A DNA stretch of 64,000 nt from Carcharhinus amblyrhynchos (Eukaryota). Shown piece after piece: positions 11,601 through 26,600 of the stretch. Position 1 is the first letter of the stretch. The number at the start of each line of letters is the position of its first letter. The stretch covers positions 39,122,001 through 39,186,000 of the forward strand of contig OZ336883.1 in the NCBI GenBank assembly GCA_965287045.1, in the 5' to 3' direction. The position numbers were made by a program, and so were the translations under genes. The notes beneath the pieces were generated by a model. That model ran no database searches. It saw only the letters and a program-made list of their open reading frames with translations, and was not told where the DNA came from.

Positions 11601-14600
11601 GTTGACAGAGGAGTAATACCTGTGGGGTTTTTTTTCTCGCGACTCTTGGGTTAGGGTAAAAGTGCCAGCAATACTATAAAGAATAGCATAGTATCTGGAA
11701 ATAGCTGAGCAGGGAGTGTGAAGCCTGGTTTTCACTGCTTTTACATTGTAAAAGGGAAGGAGATGAATTGCAAATTTGAAGATTTGCTGAAGATGCTGTC
11801 ATGCATCTAAGCCATTTAGTTGGACTATTTGCATCTGGAAGGCAAATATCATGGTCGATGATGTTGCCATGCCACCATTTATTAGCATTGACAGTGTGGC
11901 ACTGGAGGTTTTGATAGCTTCACATCTCTAAGCTCCATAACTGCCAGCATCCTGTCACTTGATGTTGAGATCAAGTGAAAACTGCAGCTGTTATGCTCAA
12001 ACTGTGTAAGAGTCGAATAGCAGCAACCTGATTGCTGCTATTCTCGGCAATGTATGCTAGGCAAGAGAAAAGGGAAAGCATTTCCACCTTTGCTGTTGCC
12101 GGCGTGTCCTGCCAGGCGATGCAAGGTCACTAACTCAAGTCCTGGAGTGTGCTAATTCCATCAGAATACTTAAGATAATGAAATCTACTCATGTTCATCG
12201 GATGGATAATAGCCTGTATGGTGAGTATCTTGAGTGATGACTTTGTTGGGCATCCAGGCATTCATTAAGGATATCTCTAAGTGAGATATGAAGATGGTGA
12301 ACATTGATATTGAGAACTTGGGAAATGGTTGCTCGCAGCCATGACCTCTGGAGGCTGTGATTGTTTGGAAGCGCATTGGAAAAGGTGAGCAGAAACTCCA
12401 AGCTCATTTAGCTGAAAAGTGGTTGGTGAATCTTCTCCATGCATTGTCTTCCTCTGCAGAGACTCCCAGACCAGAGTGGGGTATCCGAGTTGTTTACAAC
12501 CCAATCTACCCTTTCTCACTTTCAACCTTGGCATACAGGCATCTGTACCAATCATCACGATGGACTCTAGAATAAATAACTAAACAGTGCAGGCCTTATT
12601 GGGAATTATAGCTGCATGCTGTTCTCTTTGAGCACATGCCAATGATCATCACTTGTAACAAATAGAGCTATAGAAGCTAGTAAAGCAAGCAGTGTGAGTT
12701 AGAAAATTGGAATTTGAGTGGTCGTGTTTCCAGTTTCTCTTGTCTGACTGTTCTTGAATATAAAATCCCAAAGTGCATTTAAAATAAAACCAGTTAACAC
12801 CAAGCCACATGAGCTGAAAGCAGGGTAGGTGACTAGAAGCTTGGTCACGGGTGGGTTTTAAGTTTTTTAAAGGAGAATCATGAAGTGGAGATGTTTTGGA
12901 AGGGAATCTAGAGCTTTAGGGCTAGGTGAATTAATTAAAATCGTGAATGCTCAAGAGGCTATAATTAGATGAGTGCTAGTTTCTCGGGATAGTGGAATTG
13001 GAGGAGATTCCAGAGATGGGGAAGGGGGAAAACCATGGATTTGAAAATGAGATGAAAAGTTATCAATCAAGACTTTGCTTACAGTATAAGTCACTGAATA
13101 TAGGGATGATAAGGGACTGGACCTGGTGTGAGTTAAAGGACGAGCATAAGTTTTTAGATCTCCAGCTTTGAGGGTAAAAGGCAGAAGGTGAGTTTGGAGT
13201 CTACAGGACATGTATCAGGGTTTCAGCAGCAGACGAGACTGACAGTCCCAGGTGCTGGGTTAAGGGTCATATTGAGTAGGGGAAAAATGAAGAAAAGATC
13301 AGTCATTGGGGTCAGTACGGAAGCTAATATTGTTAAAGACTTGAAGTCCTTAATGAGTTTGAGATGAGGAAAATTCTTGGAGCAAGAATGGGAAGATAAG
13401 ATGATTAGACGCATTAGTGCATGATTAAAGGTGCTAAGTAAGAATGAAGGACTTCACTTTTCGACTGCAGTTCTTGGACCAGCAACTTCTGCAAGGATGG
13501 TCTACATCTGAATAAGGAGGTTGGGACAAAACTTGTTAGTGATGAGGTTCTGCAACTAGGAAGGAAGGGGCTGATGGAGGAAATGGAGCCAATCTGTATC
13601 ACTAAGGGATTATTAGAAAAAGGTGATTGCACAGAAAAATATAGCATGAGATGAAATAGTGGAGCAAAGTCAAATGACTTGGGTTATTAATGGGAAAAAG
13701 ACTGATAATGGCAGAGGATAACTTAAGATGAAAGACAATCAAATGGAGAAAAACTACCCTATAAAATTAAGAAAAACAATGCAATAGTTTGTGTGCAGAA
13801 TACATCACAAACTAGAAAAATCTTGAACATGAACAGAAACTTTACTGCAAGCTGGTTGTGGAACTAGGTGTGGGCAGCAGTATTGATGAGAGAATTTGTG
13901 GAGCAGAGGTGGTAGAAGAGGAAAGGCCACAAAAGGTGAATATGGATGGAACATAAGGATTTAAAATGACTTGATACATTAACAAGTCTGACTGACCTCT
14001 CAATTTCTGCAAGGAGGTAGATACAAATCTATAGTAAAAATGTGTTTTGGGAAGTTTTAACTATCCACATTGGGACAGAGGGGGAGTGAATAAAGACGAG
14101 CGATTTCTTAAAAGATATACATATATAGGACCCATATTTGAATCACAAACCTAGAGCAATGGAGTTGTTGAAGCTAGATATGAGAAATTAAATAGAGCAG
14201 TTAAATATGGGTGTATTGGCCCCAGTTTATTGGATTTAAAATCCAAATTCTGTAGAACCCATGGTTTAACTTGAGGTAATTAGGGGATACAAAAATGAGT
14301 CTAAGAATTGAGGGCCTCTTGTGTGTTGCAAAGCTATGGGATTGATATTTGGTGCCATTTTTGTTCAATGTGTGTATCTGTACTTTGAATAGAGACTGAC
14401 AAAATGCTTGTGAAGTTTGCAAATGTTTTCAAAATAGGAGATATGATTGATTCTTTTGAAAACTGAAGGATATTGATGAGAAACAAGAATGGGTTAGAAA
14501 ATGGCGGGTGGAATTCATTGTTACCATTGAGATGATGGTGATCTCTTTTAGGAGCTGCAGTAATCTCGTACCTAATTTGAAGTGGATGCAATGTAGCGGA

Positions 14601-17600
14601 ACAGTTAAAAGATTTGAAATACAAGTTTGTTTGCCCTCGTAATAATGTAGAAGTAGGGTGCTAATGCTCAGTTATACAGGAGACTTGAGTCCACATCTGG
14701 AGTACAGAGTGCAGTATTGGTCTCCTTGTAAGGAAGGATGTAAATGCATTAAAAGCAGTTCAGAGAAGGTTTTTAAACTAATACCAGGAGTGGTCAGGTT
14801 GTATTGAGGAAAGATTGGACAGGGTCGGCTTGTATCCACTGGAGTTTGGAGGAGTAAGAGCAGCTTGATTGAAACACATAATTTCCATGTCTTGATAAGT
14901 TAGACATGGAGGCGGTGTTTCCTCTTGTGGGAGAATCTGGAAATAGGGGGTGGTCAAAGTTTGAAAATAAGAGGTTGCCAATTTAAGACAGATGTGGTGC
15001 AGCTTTTTGAGGATAGTGAATCTTTGGAATCCCCTTCATCAGGAATCAGTGTCCTTGAATGTTTTCAAGGCAGAAGTAGATTCTTGGTAAGCAGATTGGA
15101 TGGGTGGGAGATTGTAGTCAGATCAGTCAAGATCTTGTTGAATGGTGGAGCAGGCTGAAAGGACCAAATGTTCTGCTCCTAACTTGTATGTTCCCAGCAT
15201 ATTAATGACAATGTCTTAAGTTGGTAAGGCTTTAACAAAAAAAACACTAATGAGATCATGAGCTATGGAGTACAAAAACCAAGATGTAATGAACTTAAAA
15301 TGCTTTGGACCTAAATTGGTGCACAATGTGCAGTATTGGCACCAAGCTGTAGAAAGAATATTGATTTTACTGAGGGTGCAGTATGTTCCCTAAGATGGGT
15401 TCTAGTGTGGAAAAACAAAAAAATGAATTAGACTTAAGTTGGAACTGTTTACTAGAAAAACCCATCAGTATGAAGGTAGCATTTATAATTGAAGAGATGA
15501 AACTGGCAGAGTGAAGCAGACTGCCTCCAACAGTTCTGTGGTCCAGAAGAAGAAATGTAGATAAAAGACTAAATGCAAGACATGCAGCTGAGGAAGGAAG
15601 GAAGGAACCCATTTCCTGAGTTATTTATTGAGGCATGAACTATTAACGTTCAAGGATAAATAGATGACTGACCGTGGATAATGTGGTAGAGAACAAAGCA
15701 GTTAAACATATGACCAATTGAGGGTAAGTGCCGACATGGATGGTTTGGCCATATGTTCAAGTTTCATCCTGTAATTTCTATTTATATGTATGATGCCACG
15801 TGTAATTAATTTGTGTAGACCAAGAATACTACCTGTTCAATTTCTGGGTTTATTGATTTTAACCAGGACAGTCATAGGGCAACTACAATTGGCAGTGGCA
15901 TCCTGGATTTGGAAGGGAAATTTCAATTCTGAACACTATCCACGTACTCCTGCCACAGGATCTGGCCCAGCAAGGTTGACTGCCCTCCCAACGCGGTTTA
16001 CACATAATTATTGGCCACTTTGGAGAGATAATGAAGAGCAGATTGTCTTCTCATGAAGGCTCCACTCTTTCTTTCAGAAGAATGGGGAAAAAGTTGAAGT
16101 GGTTTGTTTTCTTGATTGCCATAATCTTGTTTGCATTTAACAGTTTCTAAAAATTCCAGCAGCATTTGGATGACCTTTAATCGCAGAAAAAGTCCTTGCC
16201 CACCTTTTTCAGCCAACCCCCTAGTTATGCATTCCGTCACGGGCCTACTGTGTAACCCTTTGGTACTTCTTCCCATCTTGCTGTACTATTCTGTTGTCTT
16301 TCTTGAAATAAATCTGTAATGCTGGAAATGTAGAAGTTAGCTGGCTTCTGAAAGGGAAAGGTGGCTGAAATGTTAACGTGTCTTTTTCTAGCATTTTTGC
16401 AGTTTTTGTCTTTCTATTCTGTTCTGTATTGCCTTGGATTTAGCTAACATTGGTGTAAAACTTTGAAAATCTGTTTCCCTCATTTTTAACAATTTTTTCC
16501 CCAGCTTTGTCTTTCTGACGAATGGTGCAAAGTACTTCATGTGCATTTAGAATTTTTTTACATTTAAAATTCACAATTGTTAATCCCCAGTTTTTTAAGT
16601 CTTAATCATTTACAAAATTTCGTGGCTGAACTGAAATAGTTCTTTCTAAAAATAATTAGGAACTTCGGGAGAAAAACTGGAAAGCAATGGAAGCATTGAC
16701 ATCAACTGAAAAAATGTTGCAGGACAAAGTGAACAAGACAGCCAAGGTTGTAATAAATGTGAAAATGTTTACAGTAGATAATTTCTGCTGCAATCTGAAA
16801 ATCAAAATAACTTTAAATTTTTAAGACACTTGTACCTAACCATTCCACACTGCTTGATCTGCTCCTTTCCTGGATCTTTGATTTTGTGTATGCATGTCTG
16901 TTTTGTTGGTCTCGTTTTAAATTTAACGTATAGGATCTTATGCTGTTTTGCTTGCCAGTTTTTGTTTGTTGCCCTCCTTGGGCTCATTCTTCCTTTATCT
17001 TTTTTCCTTTTTCCCCATTTTGCCTCCTCTTCTGCCACCCCATCATCCTAAGACAGTCAACTAGTGAGCGTGCTTCCAGGCCTTTGCCAATATTGCTCTG
17101 TAACTGGCTGCTTGGAGGTGTATGAAGGATACTCCTGTGCTTTTTGTCCCCTTTCCTCTCACTGGGCAAACATCTCCCCGAAGTACTTCCCCAGTGCACA
17201 GCGGAGGAAAGAAAAGGTCAAGGGTGAGATTGGCACCACTGTTATTGTGGCATGGTGTATTGATATACCAGTGTGCTGTGCCACTGCTTGCTTGCTTGCT
17301 AGCCACTTCAGCCGCACAAAGTAATGAATTATTAAGTGATCTCAATGTATTTGTCTTTTGAAACAGGAGAAAGACCAACAGGTTGTTGCTGTGCAGTCAC
17401 TGACTAGAGATGTCCTGAAGAAACTGTTTCCCAGAGTTTTGGTGACTTCTACTTCGGTAATTGTTATTTATTTAACGTGTATAAAACCACATGTGCTTGT
17501 CAAACATTCTGACTCCTGCCAAATAGTCCATGCATGTGCAAAAATCTGATATCACTCTTTTGCACTCAACCCAAGCCTGCCAGTACCCCTCTGAGACTGC

Positions 17601-20600
17601 ACAGTGACACTCGTAAGCCTATGTGCATTCCTCCCATGTTCTATAAGTACTGCACGTGCAGTTTGAAACCGGAGAAAATTCATATGCAGGAAAAACTGCA
17701 ATTAAGTGGATTGCAATCTGGGACTCCAGTTTCCAGCCTATTTGTCTGTTGGGGTTAAGCATGTGACACTGCAATTTGAAATAATTGGTTGAATATAGAT
17801 AAAGTTTTTTTTCTGTGTAGTGGATTTGATACGCTTGTGCTAACTTTATAGAGCTATTAAGGACAGATTTAAAAAGATGCTGCCACCTAAAACACCACTA
17901 TGATGATTTGAGCAGCATCAAGTTTAGTCCTGGCCACTGTCTACTTTGTAAGTCGCAATGGCGTCAGGGAGTACACACTCTGTGTATGCACAAAGTTTGC
18001 AGCAAACTTTGGCCAAATGAGCAAGAATAATTCAAATCAAAATTTTGGTGTTTTTTTAATTTCTCCTTTTGAGCTTCTTTAGGATATTTTGTTTCTGGCA
18101 AATGTACTTTGTACGCTTTGTCAGTTCATAAATGAGATATAATGAAATGCTTTTCTGTCTTGAAACCTTGGTCAGTTTATAAGCACCATCATTAGTTTCC
18201 TGTCTTGACCTAGAGTGCAAAATCTACATTGAGGCAAATTCGGGACCGGACTCAAAACTAGCTGCTTTTGTGAAATAAAGTTTTTATAAGGCGTTATTAG
18301 GAAAACTGTAGTGTGTTTGACTTCAGTGTGAATTCTGACTTGTGCTTCATAAAACAGAAGAATTAATTTCTCCCCCAGTATGTAAAGCAACTGTTTATGT
18401 TTATAGGAATATTCGGAGTGGCTGCAGGAGTTTGAGATTGCAGCACAAAAGACTTTGTCTTCATTGATAGCAGAGGAAAGAAAGGTTTGCATATTTAGAA
18501 ACTATATTCTGGGAAAAGATAATTTGTATTATAGAAAAATATGCTTTTTTTAAAATCTTTTTCTTTCTTATACACATTACCCCTAAAGATTTCTGGCCAG
18601 CATTTGAGTTAGCAAATGGAATTATGTGTGAATGTTCATTGATAGTAGCAAAATTAGTATGACAAATATGAAACTGAATGATGGAAATATTACATTACAT
18701 TCTTTAGATAAATGTTAAAAGGGGAGATGTGAACGAGCAAATTAGTTCACTGGTATTTGAATTATTTCAACTTTGAAAGCATTTTTAAATAATTTGCCTG
18801 ACCTTCTGTGTAATATCTGGCGCAGAGATCTTCAATGCCTCCTACCCCATCAGGGGGGAAGAGTTATGAGGTTTGTGCAGAAAAGTCCCTGCTCCTGTTC
18901 AATAGATGCTAATTAATAAAGCAGTAAACTCCTGGCAGCTTTTGTCGAGCTCTCTGAACGAAGATTAAGAATGAAGATTATTTCATTAAAAATAGCAACA
19001 GAGAGGAACTTGATCATCCGTGTTATCCATAAAATCCTACAGTGCAGAGGTGGTGATTTGGCCTGTAGCATCTGCACCCATCACAATCCCACCCAGGCCC
19101 TATCCCCATAACCCTATACATTTACCCTAGCTAATAACCTTGACATTTAGGGGCAATTTAGCATGGCCACACCACCTAACCCACACATCTTTGGCCTACG
19201 GAAGGAAACCGGAGCACCTGGAGAAAACCCACACAGGCACAGGGAGGATGTACAAACTCCACATAGACAGTGACCCCAGGAATCAAATCCAGACCCCAGG
19301 CATTGTGAGGCGGCAGTGCTAGCCACTGTGCCACCATCTTTTGACCAGAATGAAACTTAATTTGGGGTGCTATAAAATATTGAAACTTTGGTGTGATCCG
19401 CACATAGTTTTCAATCACATACTTAAACTCATCAGTGGGCTGCTACTTTTGATTTCTGCTAGGTGAAAATGAAGGACACGTTCAACCCTATCCTTATTAC
19501 AAAAGATGTAGAAGTAAGGAAGAATGTGTCTTTATTTTGAGGGGGTGGGGGGGTGGTGAAATGGTGGTAGTTATAAACAAATTTCATTTGCCAGTGCCCT
19601 TGGAAAGTCTAATGACTTTTACTGTCAGAATTTAGTTTTAAAATTTTCATGGTATGTTGTTCCTGTTTGGCTCTTTGCAGCTTTGGACAGAGTTAACATC
19701 ACAATCCTCCTTCAGTGTTTTCCCTTCGTTACCAAGCTCTTTGGTACAAGATAGGTACCCCCTTGTTTGGTTTCATAAACTATTGAATTGTAGCCAGAGA
19801 ATTAAGTCAGCAACACATTCTCTTCCCACTTGCCACCACCATCTTTTGAAGCCTTCGTGTTCCATCCTTGCTGTCTTCCTCTTTTCTGTATGATACTTTC
19901 CAGATATTAGGAAGCTCCCCTGTTAACCCTTCTGCTGATGCTTTGTTCATTCAGCATTCAAACTTGGATAAATCTTTGTTTCATTAGCTGAACATTGGAA
20001 AGATTGAAGCCATTATATTCCATCAAAAGTCCTATATGTCCTGCACTGATTTAAAAACCCCCAATCATGAAGCTTGCTTCATGAATTTTCTTCTTTCATT
20101 TTTAACCTATTGAAAGAATAGATACCAGCTATCCAGCTCCCACTTTTGAGAAAATTCCCCCTAAACACCCCTATCTGCTGACCACCTTATTGTCCTTTTA
20201 AAATGCACGTTTTTGAGCATTTAGTCACCCTTTTAATTCTTCCTTCTTTGGCTTGACGTCTGTTTTTCCTCGGATCTATTTGAAGATCTTTAAGATGTCT
20301 ACCTGTTATTTTGTCATCTAGGTCATGGAACACAAAGAAAAGGAAGGTGAGGAGGTGCATGCAATGTTGCAATTAGAATGTGAAAAGTACAAGACAGTAC
20401 TGGCTGAAACAGTAAGTTTCATAGTTTTTTTTCCGAGCAGAGTTTGGTCTTAAATATTTTTTCCCTGAAATTAAAATTTCTAATGGTATTACCACAGGAA
20501 GGAATTTTGCAGAGGTTGCAAAGCAGCGTTGAAGAGGAAGAAGGCAAATGGAAATTGAAATTGGAAGAATCCCAGAAGGCGTTGATGCAGGTAACCAGCG

Positions 20601-23600
20601 TATGCATTTATATGCATCATTTGCTAGATTATTCACTGGAGAGAAGAACTAATGAATTGGAGGAAATGTTTAGAGCCACTTCACACACTGAATTTTTTTC
20701 CTCGAGTTAAGACTGTAGTACACAATTAATAGGTCAGCCTTCGTGTGACTCTTAGGACAAAGAAAGCAGTGTAGCCAAGAAAGTCAATACAAACCATCAG
20801 GCTGTACCATGTAGTTTTCCACATTTCAACTAGAAAAGTCCCCTTCATAAAGCTTTCTCTGGTGCTTTTCCCCATCTGTTGTTGAAAACCTTTTTAAGTA
20901 TGGCAGCCTTTTAACATCCAGATTCATTTTGCCAATGCATTGCAAATAGATATGTTGATTCCTTGTTTCACAATCTGGGACTTTTTTTTTGGAGGAGGAA
21001 GAGGAAACTAGAAGGAAAGTAAATCTTTTCTGACAGGACTATGTGGACCTGAAAATTATCTCTGCATCGCTCTGAATAATCTTATCCATTCTGGTCCTGC
21101 TTCCCAAGCTGCTTGCATTTTTCAAAGACCAGTATTATTTTGCTTGCAATCATACAAATGATTGTTTTACTAGAATTAAAGCAAATCATTGGGATAGATT
21201 TCAGAAACCCTTAAGAGAATCTGGAAAGCAAAACAATGCTGAGGATTCTGCTCTTTCTTGCTGTGCATGAAATTTCTCTTTTTGATTATGCAAGTAAAAG
21301 AGCACTGAAACAATTCTTTAGAAATATGCATTTTCCCTCCTCATTGTTAATGTTCTGTATGTTACAATCCAGATGCAATCATCAACACGCATGTTGGAAC
21401 AAGAATTGGAAAAGGTGAAACGTGAAAACACAGAAGCTGAAAGTGTAGGTGAATGTTATTATATGCATGAGAAGCAAAAGCAGTCACCTTCATGGGTTTT
21501 TTGCATAGGGAGGAATTTTCATTTGTATTGTACTATACAAAGAATCGTGGCTTTACTGGGGGGCAAGGTCTCCAAAGATGGAGATGGAGTTAGTGAGGAA
21601 ATTGATGACTGCAGAAGTATGTCAGCATATTAAATCAAGCAGTTGAATCTGAAAGAAACTGTAAATGATTTAGAGAATTTATTCTGGGGACAGGTTCAGA
21701 AATAAGACAGTGAAATCTGCAGGAGAGAAGCCCAGGTGTGTTTAATTGGAAATTGACATCAGGTTGGAAGTTGCCCCTTGTTGTGACAGGAAAGTAAGTT
21801 GGATATCAGAGAAATTTGAGATGTGGTTTGATATTTGGTGATAGGGAATGAGGATTTCCTTTTAAAGTGTGTGGTGTTAAGACAGGTGCTCTGAGAGCAG
21901 GTCAGAGTAATAGTTGTCATTAGCGACACAGGCTGGCTACTTGGTACATAGTATAGCCCAATGGTTTAATTGGATGGAAAGATCATCAAGAAGGATAAGA
22001 AGGCTGGGTTTTCTACTTTAAAGGAGGCAGTGATTTTTTTTCCCTTATGAATAATGGGAGGGCTGAGTATAATTGTGACTTTTATTGAAAGGGTAATCCA
22101 AGCCTCAGACTTTGGATCAAGGCTCAAGACAGTGGCAGAGGAGTAGGAATACAAAAAGACAGTAGCAGATTGAGATAAGAGCTTTTGGGATAGTTTGTCA
22201 AGTGGGGAAGTAAAAGATGGAGGTGTAACAGGAAGACTGAAGAACTTGTGGGATGTGTCGACAAAAGAGACCAAATACCTTCAAATGTTTTTGGAGAACT
22301 CATTGAGTCTGTATTAAATTAATTGAGTGGTAGAAAGTTTGAGTTACTATTTTGTGGTAACTGCAGGAGAACTTCCAGAATACAGTGGGTGTTTGGAGGT
22401 TTGAACAATAAACTCTGAAAATAACTTTCCCTGCCAGAATCCTATCACCAAAGCAATAATAAACAGATGGTAAATTTTAAACCGTGTAGTTGTACCATGT
22501 GTCCAGTGAACTAGGGAACAGAATGTCATTGTATGGTGACATATATGTTGCAGAAAAGGTTGGTGCAACGCTTTGAGGTTGACTTCAATAGAACTATTAT
22601 AAAATTGTCCTCTTTTGAGGCTAGGTATGAGGTTAAGCATTGAGGAAATATAAATGGATAGGCACGTAAATGCAATTGTGACCAATCAAGAGGGTTAGCC
22701 TTTTCTGGTTGCAATTTTTTTCAGGGTTTAATTGATCTATGATGGGACTGGCTGGATTTTCTACAATGAGCTGAAATGGATTTGATTGGCCAAAATACCA
22801 CATTCTGTGCTGTTACTGACCCATTTTAATTAGGGGTCGTCATCTGAAGGGTCCTGACTTAATTGACAGATCATTTGATTTCTTGCCCATTGGGCTCAGT
22901 GAGACCTAGACAATTTGTCCTCAATGTTCTCCAGTCTGTGTTTAACATCTGGTTTTCAAGACAAGCCACGTCATGTAATTAAAAATCTATTTTTCTATGA
23001 ACTGAACTGAGGTGGTTTGGTATTTACCATTCTGAACTGTTATTGGTAAACCACCATAAAATTAATACTGTTAATATTGAAACCAATCTAATGTGCTTTT
23101 TGCAGCTTAGAAAACAAAGCAATCACCTTGCATCTGAGTTGGAAAAGGTGGAATCAGAAAGAGCCACTTGTGTAACTGAAGTCAGAGAAGTATGTCTTAA
23201 CATTCTGACGTTTTTCACAACTTTACAACAGTCCTTACAATTACAACCTATAATTTTAGAAATTAAACAAAACTGAATGGGTGATGGCCTTAGATTTAAT
23301 TGTGTTTCGAAGTTACTTCCAGTACACAACAATCAGGAAGTTCTGAGCCTTGGCTTAGTGTAAGCATTTACAGTCCCAGGAACAGTTCAGATTGGATTTT
23401 AAATTTCATTTCAGTAAACCAAACTGAGTGAGGGCCTTAGATTTTTTTTTAAGTGTTGTGTTTAGAAGTTGCTTCCAGTACACAACAATCAGGAAGCCTT
23501 GAGCCTTTACCAATCTCTCAGCCTAATTTAAATATTTACAGCCCCAGGAACAGTTTAAATTGGATTTTAAACTTCATTGCAGCTCAAAGTTCTATTGACT

Positions 23601-26600
23601 GAGTTACAGAAAAAACTTGATGATTCTTGTGCTGAAGCAATAAAGCAGAATGAAGAACTAAGTTTGGTAAGAAATTCCTTGCAACTATTTTCAAAACCTT
23701 GCCAAAAGATGCTTATTAAAAATTATGGCAGCTAATAGAAGTGCCCTGTACTAACTTGCCTCATAATTAATATATCAATAACCAAGTGTCTTAGTCATTT
23801 CTAACTTCTAAAATGAGCTTGTCTTCAACCTGTGACATCTATGTAAACTTTTTAATGTTAATAAAATTCGCATCTCTAACATTAATGCATTTAATATAAC
23901 CAAGATGTAATACAATGTCCGTTTAAACAGAATAGTTTTTGTAATGCAATGAAGAAGATAATTTGGAGAATTTCAACATGAGCTGGAATTTGACAATTAA
24001 TTTAAGCCTGGGCAGAAAGGAAGTGGCATTTTTCTGGTTCAGTAATTCATTCTAAAACTAAATTTAAGATTTGCATTAGCTCATTCTTTTTTAAAAAGAA
24101 TTGCGAGATGTGGCTTTAATAAATAGGATTCTGCTTTTGATTGAGGACTTCTCCTTCGGCTTGCTTCCCATTCTGATGTAATTTTTGAAAAGTGTGGATG
24201 GAGAGAATCATAGCCAAAAGGCCCCACTTTCAATCGTCTTGCTCATCCTTTTTTAAATTTCTCAGGACCTGGGCGTCACTGGTTCAGCCAGCATTTATTG
24301 CCCATCTCTAATTGCCCACGAAAAGGTAGCAGTGAGCTGCTGCAATCTGTGTGCCGATAAACCCACTGTGTGAGGAAGGGAATCTGTCTGATTCTGATCC
24401 TGATCCCGATCCCTATTAGGGATGGATAATACAACAGTTCAGTTTTTCTATTTTGATTTACAGTGGGGAATATTAGACAAGGTTTGTACTAGTTTTGCTT
24501 TTTGAGAACTCCTACTGAGGTACACAAATGGAACTGTGTTTGTCTTGATTTCCCCTAGTCTGAATAAACTGATACTTGCTGTTTTGGGTCATACAAGAAG
24601 AACGGTCCCTCGAAATACTGATTGTTGCTGGGCACCTATTGACCTTAATTCAGCAAGAAGTCAATGCTTGCTGACAGGGTGAAGGACAAAATTGTCAGAA
24701 AATAAAACACCACAATTGTGTTTTGTTCGTATTTGCAGCTTAAAACTCAACTAACTGAAACATTAGCGAAACTGAAGACTGAACAGAATGAGGCACAGAA
24801 TGTGGTTTCCAACCTACATAAGGTAAGATACTATATTTGCTGCATCAAAAACAGTGAATGTAGTTAAGACCAGCCTCCTGTATAAATCTATAAGCATTTT
24901 TTTGAGCCTGTCCAATTGTTTATTTTTGCTTTTAAATCGGCAGTTTTTAACTTGTATTCATAGGTTCCTAAACGTAATCTTCAATGCAACTTGAGCATCA
25001 TTTAAATAAGAACTGATAGGAAATATACAAACAAAGCTCTGTCACTGTTTCATTTCTAGAGGAATAGAGTTTCCCTGTTTTTTCAAATATGTTAAACTTG
25101 TGTAGAACATTGGTTAGAGCAGATTTAGGTCTGGAATAAATATTGCAAAATAGAAACTGTGGAGGTGGTTCAAAAAAGATTTGGATAAATGGTACTAAAA
25201 CTAAAATATTAAAAAAGACTGAGGCTCGATGCTCTTTTCGAAAGATGGGTGATCTAATTGAGGTCACTAAAAATTATGAAGGGGTTTTACAGGGTAGATG
25301 TAAATATGATTTTTATGGGAGAGCCCAACACCAGTGGCTATAAATAATCTGGTAAAATGCTCAAGAAAAACCTCTTGGGGTTAAAATGTGGAACTGGTTC
25401 TCAGGATACAAGTACTTGAGGCAAATAACTTTCATTCTTTAAGGGGCATATTAATAAGTACATGAGGGAGATGAGCATACAGCTAAGAAGTTTGATAATG
25501 TAGAGTAGAAGGCAGGCTCACTTGAAGTGTAAACACTGGCCTATCCATTGGGCTAAGTAGCCTGTTGCTGTTCTATAAATACTCTGTAGGGAGAACATTT
25601 ATTAACACTACTTGGAAGTGACAAAGGAGAAGAGAAAATTTATAAGAGCACTTCTATTTTTTGTGTCACTGTAGCAGAAACTTCCCTACATTTTAGGTTT
25701 TGATTGAGCAGATTGAAAGCATTACTTGACCTGTATAATAGAGCAGACTTAATCTTAACTGTTAATTCACATTCCATAACTGCACCCTTTCCTTTTCAGT
25801 ATTATTTTTTTAAAAATGGCTTTCTCGTCTATTAAAGTTTTAGAACGTTGTTCTATTTTGCAGGCTCAAGAATCTCTGAATGTTATTCAGGAAGAAATAG
25901 CAAGAACCCAAAGAGCTGACAATGCTATAGATAATAGCAACATTTCGGAAGTGAAGGTGTGTATGATTAAAACAAAACAAAAAAACAATTTGCTTAACAT
26001 ACGACAAAAGATAGTCATACAGTTTTGTTTTCCAGTCAGTCAGTATTGTTGATCAAGTTAATATGCAACTAGCCAAGTTGGCTCCTCTTGGAACTGAGTT
26101 CAAGTTAAACTTATGCCTTGTGAATTTTCGTTGATGATACTTCACATCAAGATTTATCTATGTCTGATTGTTGCTTGGAACAGGCATTCATTCCTCTGAG
26201 CTTTTTATAGACATCAATGCATGTCTGACAGGGAAACTTCCCTAGCCTCAGTTCTGAATTGACATCAGTATCGTTTAATTCTTTGAAAGTCACCATATTC
26301 ACAAATGAGTAAATTAACTTTATTGATCATTTAAATTATCTGTTTCATATCCTGTGAAGATAACAATAATGCTCTATGAAAAAAAATGACAAGTGAGCAA
26401 TCTTTGTTCGCACTGAATTGTGTCTTATTTAGGATTGATCTTAAGTGTTTTATAAGTAAGTGGACATTGTGTTTTGTTGCTAATAGTAATCTCAATCAGA
26501 ATTGTTACAGTGTCGAAGGAGGCCATTTGGCTAGTTGTGGGCAAGAGAATGTAATTGGGAGATTTTGTTGTAATTTGAGACATTTTGGTGATGTTTTAGG

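Noticed and set aside
19260-19336. tRNA-like A/B boxes here and at 50214, 53198, 55801 and 56386
   Set aside because: These are SINE heads attached to SINE cores and tails, not tRNA genes.
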